Assembly (NCBI GenBank): GCA_001643675.2
Contig: LSRY02000026.1
Coordinates: forward strand, 868,001 to 932,000
Direction: 5' to 3'
Source of the DNA: Monocercomonoides exilis PA203
Taxonomy: Eukaryota; Protista; Preaxostyla
DNA length: 64,000 bases
Positions 1 through 13,951 of this stretch are shown here, piece by piece. The position numbers and the translations under genes were made by a program. Numbering within the stretch: position 1 is the first letter of the stretch; each line of letters starts with the position of its first letter. Under the pieces are notes generated by a model. It did not search any database. It was not told the DNA's origin and was given only the letters and a program-made list of their open reading frames with translations.

Positions 1-646
1 TACAGCAGATAACTCTTCAATCACTTTTTTTCACTGTCGCATCTGCTGCTTCATTCAGTTACTGTAATTGAGCCTGTTTTTCTGATCAAATCTTTTTTAG
101 ATATTTTATTTTGTTTTCTTTAATTTTTCTTTTTTTCTTTTTTTTGGGCTAATCCATTTATTATTTACAAAGTTTCATATAATGTCTCGCTGTTTGCAGA
201 GAACATAACAAATAGTTTTATCTTCCATTTTGTCACAGCTTTCCAATCGTTTTTCTTCGTTCATACGTTAAACAGAGTTTATGGCTTAACATTCATTTAT
301 TTCCTTGATTATTAAACAATGGAAAATTTTTCAAAACACATTAATTATGCTTCGATTTTATTTTCGTTATTTAAGAGAGTTTTTTTTCTTCCTCCTTTTT
401 CATATATATTTTTTTTCTCAGTTTGAAAAAGTAAATATTACACCTTTCACAAAAGCAACAATAAATGATTGGAAAATAAAAGGCAATTTCTAAAATTAGC
501 TTGCTCTTGGACTCTCAATGCAATGAAATATTAAGTATATTTGTGAAGTTCAAAAATAGATAAAACAGATATTTTTTCGAATTTTTCAAAAAGACTTATT
601 GTGGGACAATAAAAGACAATTTTTGGAATATTCAGATCAATAAAAA

Positions 647-1407
647 ATGGTTTGTTTTATTTATTTCAAGAAGTTCTGTTTAATAAATAACTATAACCAA
701 TTATATTTGCACTAAATGCTGCCTTTAATTTAGTCTGAAGAACCAAAAGCAACAGTCACCAAGCCAAAAGGAAAGAAGGGAGAGAAGAAAGTCCAGGAAG
801 TTGTTTCGACAATTCCTCCTCTTGGAGTGTGCAATATTCAGAATATTCATATTTTTTTAAAAAGTATTGCTATTGTGTTTGTTTGTTTAGCCAAATGAAA
901 CAAGATTTGCTGTCTGCCACATTTATGCTTCATTCAACGACACATTCATCCACGTGACAGACTTGTCAGGACGTGAAACCATTTGCAGAGTTACTGGTTT
1001 GCAATATTTATTTTATAGGAATTCAAATATTTGCGATTTCATTTATTCGATTTTACAGGTGGAATGAAAGTTAAGGCTGATCGTGATGAGTCTTCTCCAT
1101 ACGCTGCTATGATGGCTGCTCAAGATGTTGTTGCAGAGTTTGCTTTAAAAGAACTTCATTATTTAAATTATTGCTCCATTTCTTGTTTGCTGCTTTTATT
1201 AGCTTGAACAAAAAGAACATCACAGCTCTTCACATCAAAATTCGTGGTGTTGGAGGAACAAGGAGCAAGACCCCAGGCCCAGGTGCCCAGGCTGCTCTGC
1301 GCGCAATTGCTCGTGGTGGAATTAAAATTGGAAGAATCGAGGATGTGACACCAATTCCAACCGATTCAACAAGAAAGAAGGGATCTCGCAGAGGTCGTCG
1401 TCTGTAA
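647..1407 (+). CDS. RPS14: 40S ribosomal protein S14 (uS11); coding exons 647-649, 734-826, 891-996, 1059-1137, 1203-1407
   Basis: Spliced translation gives M-SEEPK...[53 protein letters not shown]...[46 protein letters not shown]; four GT-AG introns preserve frame. Confidence 0.97.
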
Positions 1408-1702
1408 AATTTTGTCGCACGATCAAAAGGCTTCTCTTATTCTTTCAATTCACTGGCAAGTTCTTGCTTTTGCATAAAAATATAAAGCTTGAATGATTTG
1501 CATTTTTTAACTTTTAAAAATTTGTGAAAGAAAAGTGAAATTTGTTATCAATAAATTAATCAATTTAAAAATTTGCAACTATTAATTTATGACATAAAAA
1601 TATCTGATTTGTTCTTGTTGTATGCTATTTGAGAGTAGGTTCATTTGCAATAAAAAAGCCCATAACATTAAAATTCTGAAATATTGAGGTTTTTTTTAAC
1701 CT

Positions 1703-4700
1703 ATGGCGCGCCTCGACCAACTATTTTCACTTCTGCAAAGTGTGCTCCATATTATTTTTTGTTTTTTGTTTCAATGTTATGTTTTGATGGAAGATGGTTC
1801 AACTGCTATGGTCCGTAAGGCTGCTGCTCGCCAGATTGCGGGAATTGTAAAGTCAACTCCAACAATTTTGAAAGGAACATTGAATAAAGTTTGTCGTCTT
1901 TTGTTTCATTGTTGCTAGACGATTATTTACACATTTCTATGTCAGATCAAAGAAATCATTCTTTCAAACTCTTGGGATGCACGAACGGCAGCAGCATTCG
2001 CAATTGAATGCATCGCAAACAACGTGCAACAACCAAATTTGAGTGTTGGGGGAAAGTTATTTGATAATTCTGATGAAGAATGGCAAGATCAGAAAACATT
2101 ACTGAAAAGTCTTTCTCTTCCAAATGTTATTGGAAATTGCTCAATTCTAACATCTTCAGACGATGAGAAAAATATACACACAGACAACTTGATGTACAAT
2201 TTTGGAAGTCACAAACTTTCTCTTTTGGAGTATTTTGAAACAACTTGTTTGCCATTTCTTGACAAGATCGATTCATCCTATCAGGAAGAATATCCGTTCG
2301 AGCAAGAACCTCAACCAACGATGAATCTCTCAGGAAATGAGCAAAGCCAACTCGATATCAAAGAGGTTCTCATTACCGAGCAAGGAGCCGATTCCTCGAA
2401 GATTGTGATGGAGTCGGTTGTAGAAGCAACTGCCAACGAAGAGCCAATACGGCTGGAGCTGCAGAAGCTGGCGCTGTGGCTGGAAAAGCAAGTAATGAGC
2501 AAACAGTGGACAGCGCGCCATGGAGCCGCAGTTGCGCTGAAGGCGCTGATGAAAGCGAACGGTGGGTGGATTGGGATGGATGTGGGTGGGGGAAAAGAGA
2601 GGGTGCAGGGAGGATTTGCTGATGAAGAAGATGAAGATGAAGAAGAAGAGGAAGAAGAAGAAAATGAAAGTGGAGAAGAGAAAGAAAAGAAAGCAGGAGC
2701 AGAAGGACAGGACAATTTAACATCTTCATTTGACAAGCCAGCTAAGCGTCTTCCATTTGAATCTGAATCCTTATCTTCATCTTCATCTCAATCTAATTCC
2801 AAACCCCCTTCCATCACATCACCCGCTCCACCTTCCCAAAGACTGCAGATCTCGCGCCACGTGCGCTTTCTGGACGAGGTGGTGGCAGTGCTGCAGTGTG
2901 CCATTGCGCTCGACCGCTTCGGCGACTACGGGGCAGACCAGGTGGTGGCGCCAGTGAGAGAGGCGTGTGCGCAGGCGCTGGGGACGATCCTGCCGCATCT
3001 GACGCCGTCGTCGGTGGTTGTGCTGACGAAGCACATTGTGGGGATGCTGGCGCCGGAGAAGAGGAAGGGGTGGGAGGATGGAAAGGGAGAAGGTGTTGGA
3101 TGTGGTGGAAGTGTTAGTTCTATTGGAAATGTAGGGATTGCTAATAATGAAACTATACTGGGAATGAAAAATGGTCAGAAGCAAGGAAAAATTACTCATA
3201 TTCCACAAATTCCACAAAATCCAATGAATTCTCTAAATCCATTGGGAGCCACATCATCTGTTCCCTTGTCTACAGAAGGGCAGAGCTGGGACGTGAAGCA
3301 CGGGATGCTGCTGTGTGCGAAGTACATCTGTGCTGTTCTCCCTTCTCTTGACCCCCTCACGCTCCCTCTCTGCCTCGATGCTCTTGTCGATCGCGTCACC
3401 GACGACGACGATGATGTCAGGGCAGTTGCAGCTGATGCTCTTGTGCCTGTTGTTGAGAGACATGCTTCAATCGACCCGAATTTGCACCCGACGATTGTAA
3501 GGCTGTTTGTGACGCTGTGGCGGAATCTGCTGGTGTTGGACGATTTGTCTGTGTCCTCGTCGAATGTGATGCTGCTGCTGGCAGCGCTTTGCTCGCACGC
3601 GGGGCTGCAGTTCAGTGAAGAGGCAGAGGTGGTGGGAGGAAGTGATGGTGAAAAATTCAAACAAAATCAACTTATGCAGAATTCATCATCATCTTCTTCC
3701 TCTTCCTCCTCTTTCTCCTCGTTTGTGTCTGAGTTTCCTGAGATGCTGCCTCGTCTCTTCCCGTTTTTCCGCCATCCGCTCCATTCTGTTCGGCTGGCGT
3801 CTGTCAAATCGCTTCTTCATCTTCTTTTTCCATCAAATTCTTCTTCCTCTCCAGAAAGAGCATCATCACCTGTGGAAATATCTGAGAAAAATCAAAATTC
3901 CTCTTCTTCTTCTTCCTCCTCCTCTTCACCCACAACAAAAACAACAAAAAAAACCACAAACACAGCTCTTCTCCGCCAGCTCGTCTGCAGGCCCTCGCTG
4001 GTGTCTGAGCTGATGGCGCATCTTTTTCAGTCAGTTCTGCTGGAGACGCAGAGCCGCGACACGATCGAGGTGACGATGGAGCTGTGGGGGCATTTGTGCC
4101 ATTCGCTGCCGACGTCTGTTTTGGAGAGCGTGGGAGGAGAAAGACTGTCGCAGTGGCTGACGCTGCTGTCCACACAGAACAACGCGTGGCTGGCGAGGGA
4201 GTGCATTGTGCGGGCGAGGTATGCGACTGCTGAAGGAGAAGGAGAAGAAGAAAGAGAAAGAGAAGGAGGAGGAGGAGGAGGGAGAAGAAATGGAAGTTCT
4301 AACAATTCAATGGGAATGCCATCGTCATCATCATCATCTTCTTCTTCTCCATCCTCTTCCTCTTCCTCTTCCTCTTCTCTGATGCGCAAAGTGGAAGGAG
4401 ACGACAGCGGGTTCCAGATGCGTATCGATGGGTCGCACTGCCTGGGCGTTCTTCTTTCGCTGTGGTCTGAGCAGAAGTTTGGGATGCTGCTGAATTATCT
4501 GACGCAGCTGGTGAAGTCGCGGTCGCACACACAGTCGCTTGTGGCAGCGCTGACGATTGTGGAGCTGGAGAGGGCAGTGTGCAGAAGAGAGATGGAGAAG
4601 TTGAATGAGGGAAAGGGAGGTTTGCCATCATCATCATCATCATCCAAAGTGTTTGTCACTCTCCCTCCTTCTCTCCTCACCCACATCTCCTCCACCCTCA

Positions 4701-7700
4701 CCTCTCCTCCTCCCCCTTCGTTTCCTGAGCTTTCGCAGTGGACACACAAGATCAACAACGACACACACGACTTTGTGGTTCATCTGCACAACCTGGTTCG
4801 GATGATGGAGCGGAGGCAGCAGGAATACGGAAGCTATCTGCAGGAGGTGAAGGAGAGGTGGGAGGCGATCATCAGCATCGACCGAGCGAAGGCGAATGCT
4901 TCATCATCATCATCATCAAACACCCCTCTTTCTCAATCACAATCATCATCTTCATCTTCATCTTCATCTCATCTTCTCTCCTCTCTCCCTTCTGATGCCA
5001 GCGGTTTCCTTCCGTCGCATTATGTTAGTCTGGATGCGCCTGTTGTCTCTTCATTCATTCCTTCCATTCTTCCGCAGTTCACTCGCGAAGACGCAGAATA
5101 TCTTGTCTTGTTCTATCTGCCTCTTTGGCGATCAGTCCATCCAACTCTCTTTCATTCATCGTTTCATTCTTCTTCTTCTTCTTCTTCTTCTTCTTCTTCT
5201 TTTCTTTCAGCATCGCAATCATCTCCTGTTTCATCAATGAACACTTCATCATCATCATCATCTTCTTCTTCTTCTCCCTCTTCTTCTTCTCCCACCACTC
5301 ACACCATTGTGAAGACAGCGGAGACGATGAGCATTGGCGATGCAGCTCTCTTCGACAACCTCGAAGTGTCAGCAGAAATTGTGAAGGCGACGCTCAGCTC
5401 GTTCGCGCGGATCCGGCTGGGCCTTGTGACGTCGCTGCACACGGCGCTGGCGATGGTGCTGGGAGAATCTCGAGTTTCTCCGGAGAAGATCACGCCGTCG
5501 CTACTGGCGTTCAAAGGGTCGCTGACGAGTGAGGCGAGGCTTCCGCTGCAGCGGGCGGCGGCGGGGACGCTGGCGGTTGTGCTGCAGACGGCGCTTGGGA
5601 GGATTCCTTGTCCGGTTGGGAAGTATGTGGGGAGTGTGTGCTCGCTGGTGAAGATCCCGCCGCAGATCCTGGGGCTGGAGAAAGGAAGAGATGAAGAGGA
5701 AGAGGATGATGCAGAAGGGAATAATTCTTCAACAACTGCTTCATTATCAAATCAGAAAAAGAATTCATCATCAACCAAATTGAGACATGCATCAGATGTG
5801 AACGATGTGAATGCGATGGAAGACCTGATCTACGAGGCATCGCTGGACAGCGAGCAGTTTGGGGCAGAGTCGGCTACAGCAGCTGTGCTGGAGGAGATCA
5901 CACGCAACACAGTGGGCAAGTCGCTCACGCCGGCGATGCTGCGCGTTGGGGAGAGGAGCTTTTCTGTGTCGACGACGTCGCTTTTGGCGTCTTCGTTCAC
6001 TCTTCTGCGGGGCGAGGGGCTGGTGCAGACGAGAGGGGTGTCTTTGTTTCTGAAGGCGATGGCTGGGCTGTTTGGAGAGCGGCTGTTTGTGGATGTGCCG
6101 CAGCTGTGGGACGAGTGCAGGAAGCTGAAGCTGAAGATGAATATGAATGTGAATGGGGAAGAAGGAAAAGAAGGAGGAAAGGGAAATAATGGAATGATGA
6201 ATTCTTCTTCATCCATTTCTTCTTCTCTCTTTAATGAACAAGAAATCAAACCAAACACATCTTCCTTCATTTCTGACCAGCCCAATGGCAAGCCATCTGT
6301 TCTGGGTGCTTTGGATGACTCGCTTGTGCTTCCGTCGCCTTCTGTTGAGCGTGTCTGCATCTCCCTCCGCCTCATCGAAATCCTCGCACCCACCCTCACC
6401 GGCGCCTCGTTGGTGCAGATGCTTTCGCTCTTCCCTTCGCTTTTGTGTCTGTGTGTGTCTTGTGTGCGTCCTGTGCGCATTTTGGCAGCACATTCGGCGA
6501 TTGCGCTGACGAGAGCGTCGCCCGCTGTGTGCTTTGCGCACTGCATCAGAGCTGTCCCAAAGGCGCTTCGGTCAGAAAGAGAGGCAGACAGGGCAGGGGC
6601 GATCTATCTGGCGTATCTGCTGACGACGGAGCTGGCGACAGAGATGATCCCGTGGATTGCTTTCTTTTTGATTCCTGTATGAGAAAGGGTGGGAGAGAAA
6701 AAAAGATAATGTTATTTTTTTTTCAAAGAAAGAAAGATAACAGTTCAATTTTGAGTGTTGTTATCATTTTATGTGAATATATTTATTTATTTATTTATTT
6801 CACTTTCTCTTTCTCTTTCCTCTCAGATCCTCGGAGGCATGTCCGACATCCTGCTGGGCATCCGCCAAACAGCCTCGCGCGCGTTTGCCTCTCTTCTGAT
6901 GCTGGTCACTCTGTCTGAGGCAGCCCCTCTTCCGCCAGGCGTCCCCCTCTCTCTCCACCGCACCCGCCAGAAGCAGCAGGCGCTGGTCTCGCAGCTCACG
7001 GCAGGCGCGTCGGGGTGTCCGCAGTGTTATGTGCCAGTGCGGTTCAACGGGATTCTGAGGCATTATCAGCAGGAAGGGATAAATTGGCTGGCGTTTCTGA
7101 ACAAGTTCCAGCTGCATGGGATCCTCGCAGACGACATGGGGCTGGGGAAGACGCTGCAGACGCTGTGTGTGATTGTGGCGTCGCCGACGATCACAGCACA
7201 GACAGAGAAGTTTATCAGCTCGGCAGCAGAAGAAGAGAGAGATGAGATGAAGAAAGAGGAAGAAGGAGGAAGGTTGGAAGCAGAGCTGCTGATGAGAGAG
7301 CTGAACGAGGAAGAGAAGAAAGTCTCTCTGAATTCTGATTCTCACACAACACCTTCTTCTCCTTCTCCTTCTCCTTCTCCTTCTTCCACTCCATCCACTT
7401 CATCAGGTCCGCAGTCATCTCCTCAGCAGCCCCAGTTCTGCACGAAGCCGCTGGAGAAAGTGTCGCTGATCATCTGCCCGACGTCTGTGGTGCAGCACTG
7501 GATCGAAGAGGCACAGACATTCTTTGCTCCTCCTTCTCTATCATCATCATCACAGCCACCTCATTGTGAAGGAGCCAGCACAGAGGCGAATGCTAAGGCA
7601 GTCAACCCGTTCCGCCCTGTTGCGTATCTGGGCACGGCAGCACAGCGGCAGCACATCCTGAGCCAGCTGAGGCAGACGCAGACTCCGAATCCGTTCAACC

Positions 7701-9544
7701 TGGTTGTTGCGTCGTATGATGTGGTGCGAAGGGATGTGGAGCAGCTGTCGAGGCTGCCGTTCACGTTCGACTACTGTGTGCTGGACGAAGGGCACTTCAT
7801 CCGGAATGTGAAGTCGAAGGCGACGATGGCGGTGAAGCAGATCAAAGCAGATCACCGGCTGATCCTCACAGGGACGCCGATCCAGAACCGTCCGCTGGAG
7901 CTGTGGTCGCTGTTCGACTTTCTGATGCCGGGGTTCCTGGGCACGCACGAGCAGTTCAACCGGAAGTTTGGGCGCCCCATCCAGGCAGCGTCGCAGGCGA
8001 AGGCGTCGGAGAAGGAGCAGGAGGAAGGGGCAGTGGCGCTGGACAAGCTGCACAAGCAGGTGCTGCCGTTCGTCCTGCGGCGGCTGAAGGAGAATGTGCT
8101 GCGGGACCTGCCGCCGAAGATCATCCAGGACTACTACTGCGAGATGAGTGGGGTACAGCGGGAGATCTACTTGGAGTTTGAGCGGAACAACGTGTTTGAC
8201 TCGCTGGTGGTGACGTCGGAGAAGACAGAGAAGCAGAACAGGCAGCTGATGCGGATAGCGGGGAAGGTGAAGGAGCTGGCAGCAGGAGGGAAGGAGAAAG
8301 GGAAGGGGAAGGGGAAAGAGAATAAGGAAAAGGAGGAAAAGGAGAATGAAGAAGAAGGAGGGAAAGGGCTGAATGGAGAATATGATGAGATGGAGCTGGA
8401 GACAGACGAAGTGCCAGAGTCTGTTGAGTCTGTGCTTCCCTCTGCTTCGCTTCCTCCTTCGTCTTCCTCTCCGTTCGCAGCCCCGTCGAAGCAGTCGGAG
8501 CGGCTGTTTGTTCCCTCGGCGTCGATGAACCCGCTGCAGGCGATCATCTTCCTGCGGCGGCTGACGAACCACCCGCGGCTGATCCTGTCGTCGAACGAGC
8601 AGATGCTGGCGAGCATGCGGAAGCGATACTCGGCAGCAGAGATCTTCGGGATCAGGGCGTCGGGGAAGCTACAGGCGCTGCGGGAGCTGCTGATTGAGTG
8701 TGGGATTGGGAAAGTGGGAGATGGGGAAGGGGAGCAGACACAGTCACAGAAGGAGAAAGAGAAGGAGAAGGGTGGAGAGGAAGAATACGATGAGGATGGG
8801 TTTCCAGTTGCAAAGAGAGAAGGAAATGGTTCTTCATCATCGTCTGCAAAGAGAGGGAAGAAAGAAGACGCCAGCAGCATGCAGATTGCAGACCCAACAG
8901 CAGAGAGCGCGTTTTCGAGCGGGGATGAGTCGTGTGTGCAGCACCGGGCGCTGATCTTTGCGCAGACGAAGGAGATTCTGGATCTGATAGAGACAGAGCT
9001 GTTTGCGAAGTGCTTCCCGTCGCTGTCGTATCTGCGGATCGACGGGAGTGTGGACTCGCGTGTGCGGTTTGAGATTGTGCGAAAGTTCCGGAGCGACCCG
9101 ACGGTGGATGTGCTGATGCTGACGCGGGTGGGGAGTGTGGGGTTGAACCTGGCGTGTGCAGACATTGTGATTTTTGTGGAGAACGACTGGAACCCGGCGA
9201 ACGACATGCAGGCGATGGACCGGGCGCACCGGATTGGGCAGACGCGGGTGGTGAATGTGTACCGACTGATCACGCGGGGCACGGTAGAGGAGAAGATCCT
9301 GGGGCTGCAGCGGTTCAAGCAGCAGATGGCGAATGCGATTGTGTCGTCGGAGAATGCAGATGCAGGTGCGAAGGCAGGGGCGCAGGGGAGGGTGCTGGAC
9401 TTGTTTGGCGGGGCGACGGGGAAGGAGTACGGGGAGCCGGAGAAGAAGAAAGGCGGGAAGCCGAAGATGGCAGACATCATCAAGGAGCTGGACGAGCAGG
9501 ACACGTCGAGCAGAAGAGAGGAGTTTGGGCTGGACAAGCTGTGA
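1703..9544 (+). CDS. MOT1: TBP-associated SNF2-family ATPase Mot1/BTAF1; exons 1703-1739, 1794-1888, 1946-6676, 6827-9544
   Basis: N-terminus RLDQLFSLL..VRKAAARQI..SNSWDARTAAAFAI; HEAT-region motif LDRFGDYGADQVVAPVREACAQ; helicase motifs LADDMGLGKT, LDEGH (Mot1-type), LTGTPIQN, QAMDRAHRIGQ; GT-AG introns 1740-1793, 1889-1945 and 6677-6826 join the ORF-track pieces in frame. Confidence 0.95.
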
Positions 9545-10399
9545 GAGGAGAGTCTGCTGTTGTTAGTTCTGCAAGCACTCGGTCTCATTTCACTGGCTGC
9601 TGAGAGCAGGTGCTAATTGTGCATGAATTGGCACGAACTGGGAAAAAGAAAACGGCAGTTGTTTTGTGTTTGATTTGTTGTTTGTTTGTTGTTTGTTTTT
9701 GAGGTTCTTTGATGTGTTGAGCTCGCATGTTGCACATTCCATTTCAGAATTTGGTGTTATGTTCAGTTGAACAGAAATAATCAAACTTCAACGTGCGTGC
9801 TGTTGATTGTTTTGAAAAAGTGTTGGAATCGCCTTTGAACTGTTCAAGTTGAGTTGAGCACAATTTAATTATGAAAGTTCATTGAATGTGAACATGGAAC
9901 AAGCAACTTTGATATTTAAGAAGGTGGAAAAAAAGGAAACTTCTATTATTTTTTGTTTTTTCACCAAAATGTGTTCCAATGCAGAAGTATCTGAGAATGA
10001 ATTGAAATCAAAAAAAGATTTCGATTGATTTTTTTAATCCGAATATAATTTTTGTGTTTTTTTTATCAAAAAATGAATATTTATTTAATAGATAACATGT
10101 AGAAATATTTGAAAAAAATGCAACAATCAAAAGAAAAAATTATCTATTGATTCTCTCTTTGTTATTTTTCGGCATTTCTTCGTTCATTATCATCTTCAAA
10201 ATCATCATCTTTAATTATTTGGGATTTGGATTATTATCTTTTTTTCAGCTTCTTTCCAAAAAAAATATTTATAAATGTTTTTCCACAGCAAAATCATCAA
10301 TTTTCTTTTCATCTTTCTTCTTTTTGTATTCTTTCCATTCATCAAAAAAAGGCTTGGTCAGAAATATTTTTCCCATGGAAATAAAACTGAGGAGTTTTT

Positions 10400-11530
10400 G
10401 TTTCTGTTGAACTGAAGGAGTGTCCGGTAACTTCTCTCATACAGAATTCGACTGTACAGACAGGATGCAACTCTTTTCAAATGCAGAATGAATAGTTGAA
10501 AAAAGCAATGCAGTTTGCAAAGCATGTCGAAAGGCATTTACAACTGCTTTTCTGCAAAGAAAGATTGATCAATATGATAGAACAATATGATTGGAATTGA
10601 AACACTCTTGGAAAGCAATATAAACTACTAATTAAGTGGCTGTATCAAATGAGTGCTATGTGGAATAAATGTGACCACATCAATTGATGCCACTGCAAAT
10701 TTCTTCCACAAATCTGGCTATGCTTCTGAAAGATGTGAATCAAAGAGAAGCAACATCTATTTTCGTTTTTGTCACGAAATTATCTTCTCAGAATAATTCA
10801 TGGCAGCTATATCTCTTCCGCATAGCGTGCAAACAATGCATCAGTCATCCATTCATCATTGTCTGCCCAGGTGTGAAGCTGTTGACTTCTCAAGACATCA
10901 TTTCTTGTGGTAGTTTTTTGGACGGCCAAAGAACAAGGCTTGGGAGAGAATAACCATCAGCGGCAACTGCAACCACAAGGGTGGAGTTTGGCATGTTGAT
11001 TGGAGTCTTGGAAAACCCGACTGGAACATATGAAGGATGAACAGCGAGTCGTTTTGTGGAATCGGAGAGACGCAAAGAGGATTCGTCGGTGTTGAAGATG
11101 AGAGAAGGAGAGGATATGTGAGAGTTTTGAAGTGATTGAAGAAGAGAGAAGAAAATTGAAAAATCTGCTTGTTCCACACACTTAAACGTTGAATATCAAC
11201 ATTTTGAAGAATGGATGTTTTGAGATCTGGATTGCGTTTGATAAAGGAATACGAAGTTGATATTGAAATTTTGACTTCTTAATCTTCTTCTCCATTTCGA
11301 ATTTTCCCATCAGTTTGCACTGATTCCATCTACAAATATAATTATCAAGAAGTGTCAATAGTGAAAAAATAAAACACAAACCAATCGTTTTGTTTAAGGA
11401 ACAGAAAAACTCTCTCCTGTCAAACTTTTAATTTTAATGACTCCAGTTATTTCTTCTTTATCTTCTTTTGATAACAGCTTTGGACGACCTATTATTCCAA
11501 CGGTTCTTCCATTTTTGATAGCTGTTTCAG
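10400..11530 (-). pseudogene. Decayed pogo-like (DDE_1) transposase
   Basis: Fragments GRPKLLSKED (~11480), IFNTDES..TLVVAVAADGYSLPSLVLW (10890-11177), WMTDALFARY (~10830), FIPHSTHLIQPLN* (~10640), broken by stops and frameshifts. No TIRs recognised; boundaries approximate. Confidence 0.8.
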
Positions 11531-11537
11531 ATCGGTT

Positions 11538-11805
11538 GGGGAAAAATATTTCACTTCAGGCATTTTCAAAGAAAAATTATGTACTTTTCATTAACTTTTG
11601 CATATTAAAAAACACAATAAAAATGGGAACATTTTTTGTCATTCATGAAATGTTGGAAACTTTTTGTTTTGATTTCAACTATGCCTGTTTACGGATATGA
11701 AAATCAAATTTCCTTTGAAATTAGAGAAAGCGAAACAAAGTTATGAGCGAAACAATTTTTTCATGCTTTGTGCACAAAAAGCTTGAAAGTCCGTATCTTC
11801 TCCCG
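11538..11805. repeat. Dispersed ~270-bp AT-rich repeat, diverged inverted homolog of 20531-20812
   Basis: 11700-11805 (gagaaagcga..aagttatgag..tgctttgtgca..aaaa.cttga.agt.cgtat.ttc.ccc) matches the reverse complement of 20538-20645. Confidence 0.65.
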
Positions 11806-12170
11806 GTTTGTCAACGAACGAGAAAATATCTTCAAATTCGCATCATCAGCAACGAAAAATTTTCCGTCTGAGAAAACTGTTGCCTTGTTTTCATGTCTGT
11901 TTTTAATTCGATGATTATGAAAAGATTTCATAAAATTTCTCAATTTCGTTTGCCCATTTTCTTTTCCTTGTTTCATGATAATCATTTCAAAAAAAAATCT
12001 TTGGTTGATCTTTTTTCAGTTTTTTTATAAAAATCTCTTTTTTAAAATGAAAAACAAATAAAAAACAAAAAAAAAAATTTCCATAAAATTCTCACTTGAC
12101 AAACCCCGTTGCAATTACATTATCCCGTCAGAGGAGGGAAAAATCTGAGATGGAGTTGCAAATCCCACCA

Positions 12171-12193
12171 TCTCCTTCTCTTTCTCTCTCTCT

Positions 12194-12266
<73 letters not shown>
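12171..12266. repeat. (CT)n microsatellite
   Basis: Near-pure TC dinucleotide run. Confidence 0.95.
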
Positions 12267-12623
12267 ATCATAGATTATGTTTTGAAATTTATTCTATGAG
12301 TTTAACAACTGTCTTTTTAAAAAATATTTATAATATGGGTTATTATTTTTGAAATCATAACTTTTTTCTGGGAGCTTATTTTTCAAATTATGTTTGAATT
12401 TGGCAAAAGATTTTGTATTTGAATGCTGAATTAAACACAAATGTGTAATATACAAATTTTATTGCTCAAATAAAGATGATGATGTCATTTGTTAGTGTTT
12501 TCATTTTTCAGTATTCTTCTTTTTATGTTCAAGATAAATTTTTGAACCGAAAATGTTGAAAGAAAAAATATGCTTTCAAAAATAATCACCCATATATTAA
12601 AATATGGGTGTTTTTTTTTGATA

Positions 12624-13951
12624 CAGTCTGTCCGTAATTAATGTTGATCTGTCCGAAAATAATGTTGATCATACCATCAACAGTATTGTAAACGAACACC
12701 CAATATTGAATGATGCGAGAATTGTTACTCAATTCTAAGTTTCTCATGTGTTTTTTGAAATGTTGATTGTGTTCTTATATTAACAAGCAATGGATTAGGA
12801 AAGGTTTGCAAATTGTTATTCATTTCATTTCATTACATTTATCAACAAATTTAATTTGTAATTCTATTTCTTTTTTTTTATCTTGCAAACAAAGTAGAAT
12901 TAGTGAAATAACGAAAGAGATCAAATGAGAAGTTGACAAAGCAATCTTTTATCACAAAATTGAAGTCAAGTATTTTGAAAAATGAGAAAATGTGTTTACG
13001 AATTTTCGCACAATAAATGCTGCAATTTATTCATGAAGTCGCAATTTCTTGAAGTTTGTTTAAGATGTATTGTTTTTTATCTTTCATATTCATCTTTTTT
13101 GAATGGAAAATCAATTGGAAAGGGGGTGAAAATAGAACTATTTCATTTGATTATCGTTAAACATTATAAGGAAGTTTTTTATTTAAGTTGAGCAAAACAC
13201 GAATCAGGCATTTGAGGCTATTCCATTTGAATGTTTTTTTCATCAGATTTTTGTAATAATTGTTAAATTTGATTGATTCTTTTTTTTCAATTACTTTTTG
13301 TTACTTTGTAATAAAATTTTCAGGTATTTTGTCGTGTTATTTATGTTTATGTGTTGCATTTAAATTCGTTAAACAATATTTGGCATTTTCAGGATTTGAT
13401 TTTTGTAATACATTTATTTCATGTTCCATTTTTTGTTGAAAAGCTTAAAAGAGTAGATTTAAACGATAATTAACAAATAATTAATTGTGTTATCATTATC
13501 TGATGCAATAATTTTGGTCATAGTAGTTTGAAATGAATTCAATGAAAACAAAATTCAAACAAAAATCATGAAAGATTTTTTTTTTCAAAAAATGGAATAT
13601 TCATAAAAACAAAAATAATTTAAGTAGTCGGAATCAAAATTCAATTCGTGAAATGGGTTTTTATTACGAACATTTTCTAGTTAGATTGGCAACTAGATAG
13701 ATTGATAATTACCAAATATTCTGTTAAAGAACAATATAATCTTTCAATAAACAATATGAAACCAAAAAACAAACAATGTAAATCACACCTATACTGAAAA
13801 AAAAGTTATCACTCCATCACCCACTTGAGTTCAAAAATTCTTATTTATCCAAAATCAAATAAATTAAAAATATGGCTTATCATTTGAATTAATAAGCATG
13901 GTATGATCAACATTATTTTCGGACAGATCAACATTAATTAAGGACAGACTG
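12624..13951. mobile_element. Non-autonomous Tc1/mariner-type element with 54-bp TIRs and TA target duplication
   Basis: CAGTCTGTCCGTAATTAATGTTGATCTGTCCGAAAATAATGTTGATCATACCAT at 12624-12677 and its reverse complement (1 mismatch) at 13898-13951; TA on both sides; no transposase ORF inside. Confidence 0.9.

Noticed and set aside
1-493. Short ORF 305-493 and a possible minus-strand gene fragment at the left edge
   Set aside because: AT-rich with stops in the plausible frames; no supportable product.
8167-9588. 473-aa antisense ORF and other long shadow ORFs over Mot1
   Set aside because: Expected from GC-rich codon bias on the coding strand; no motifs.
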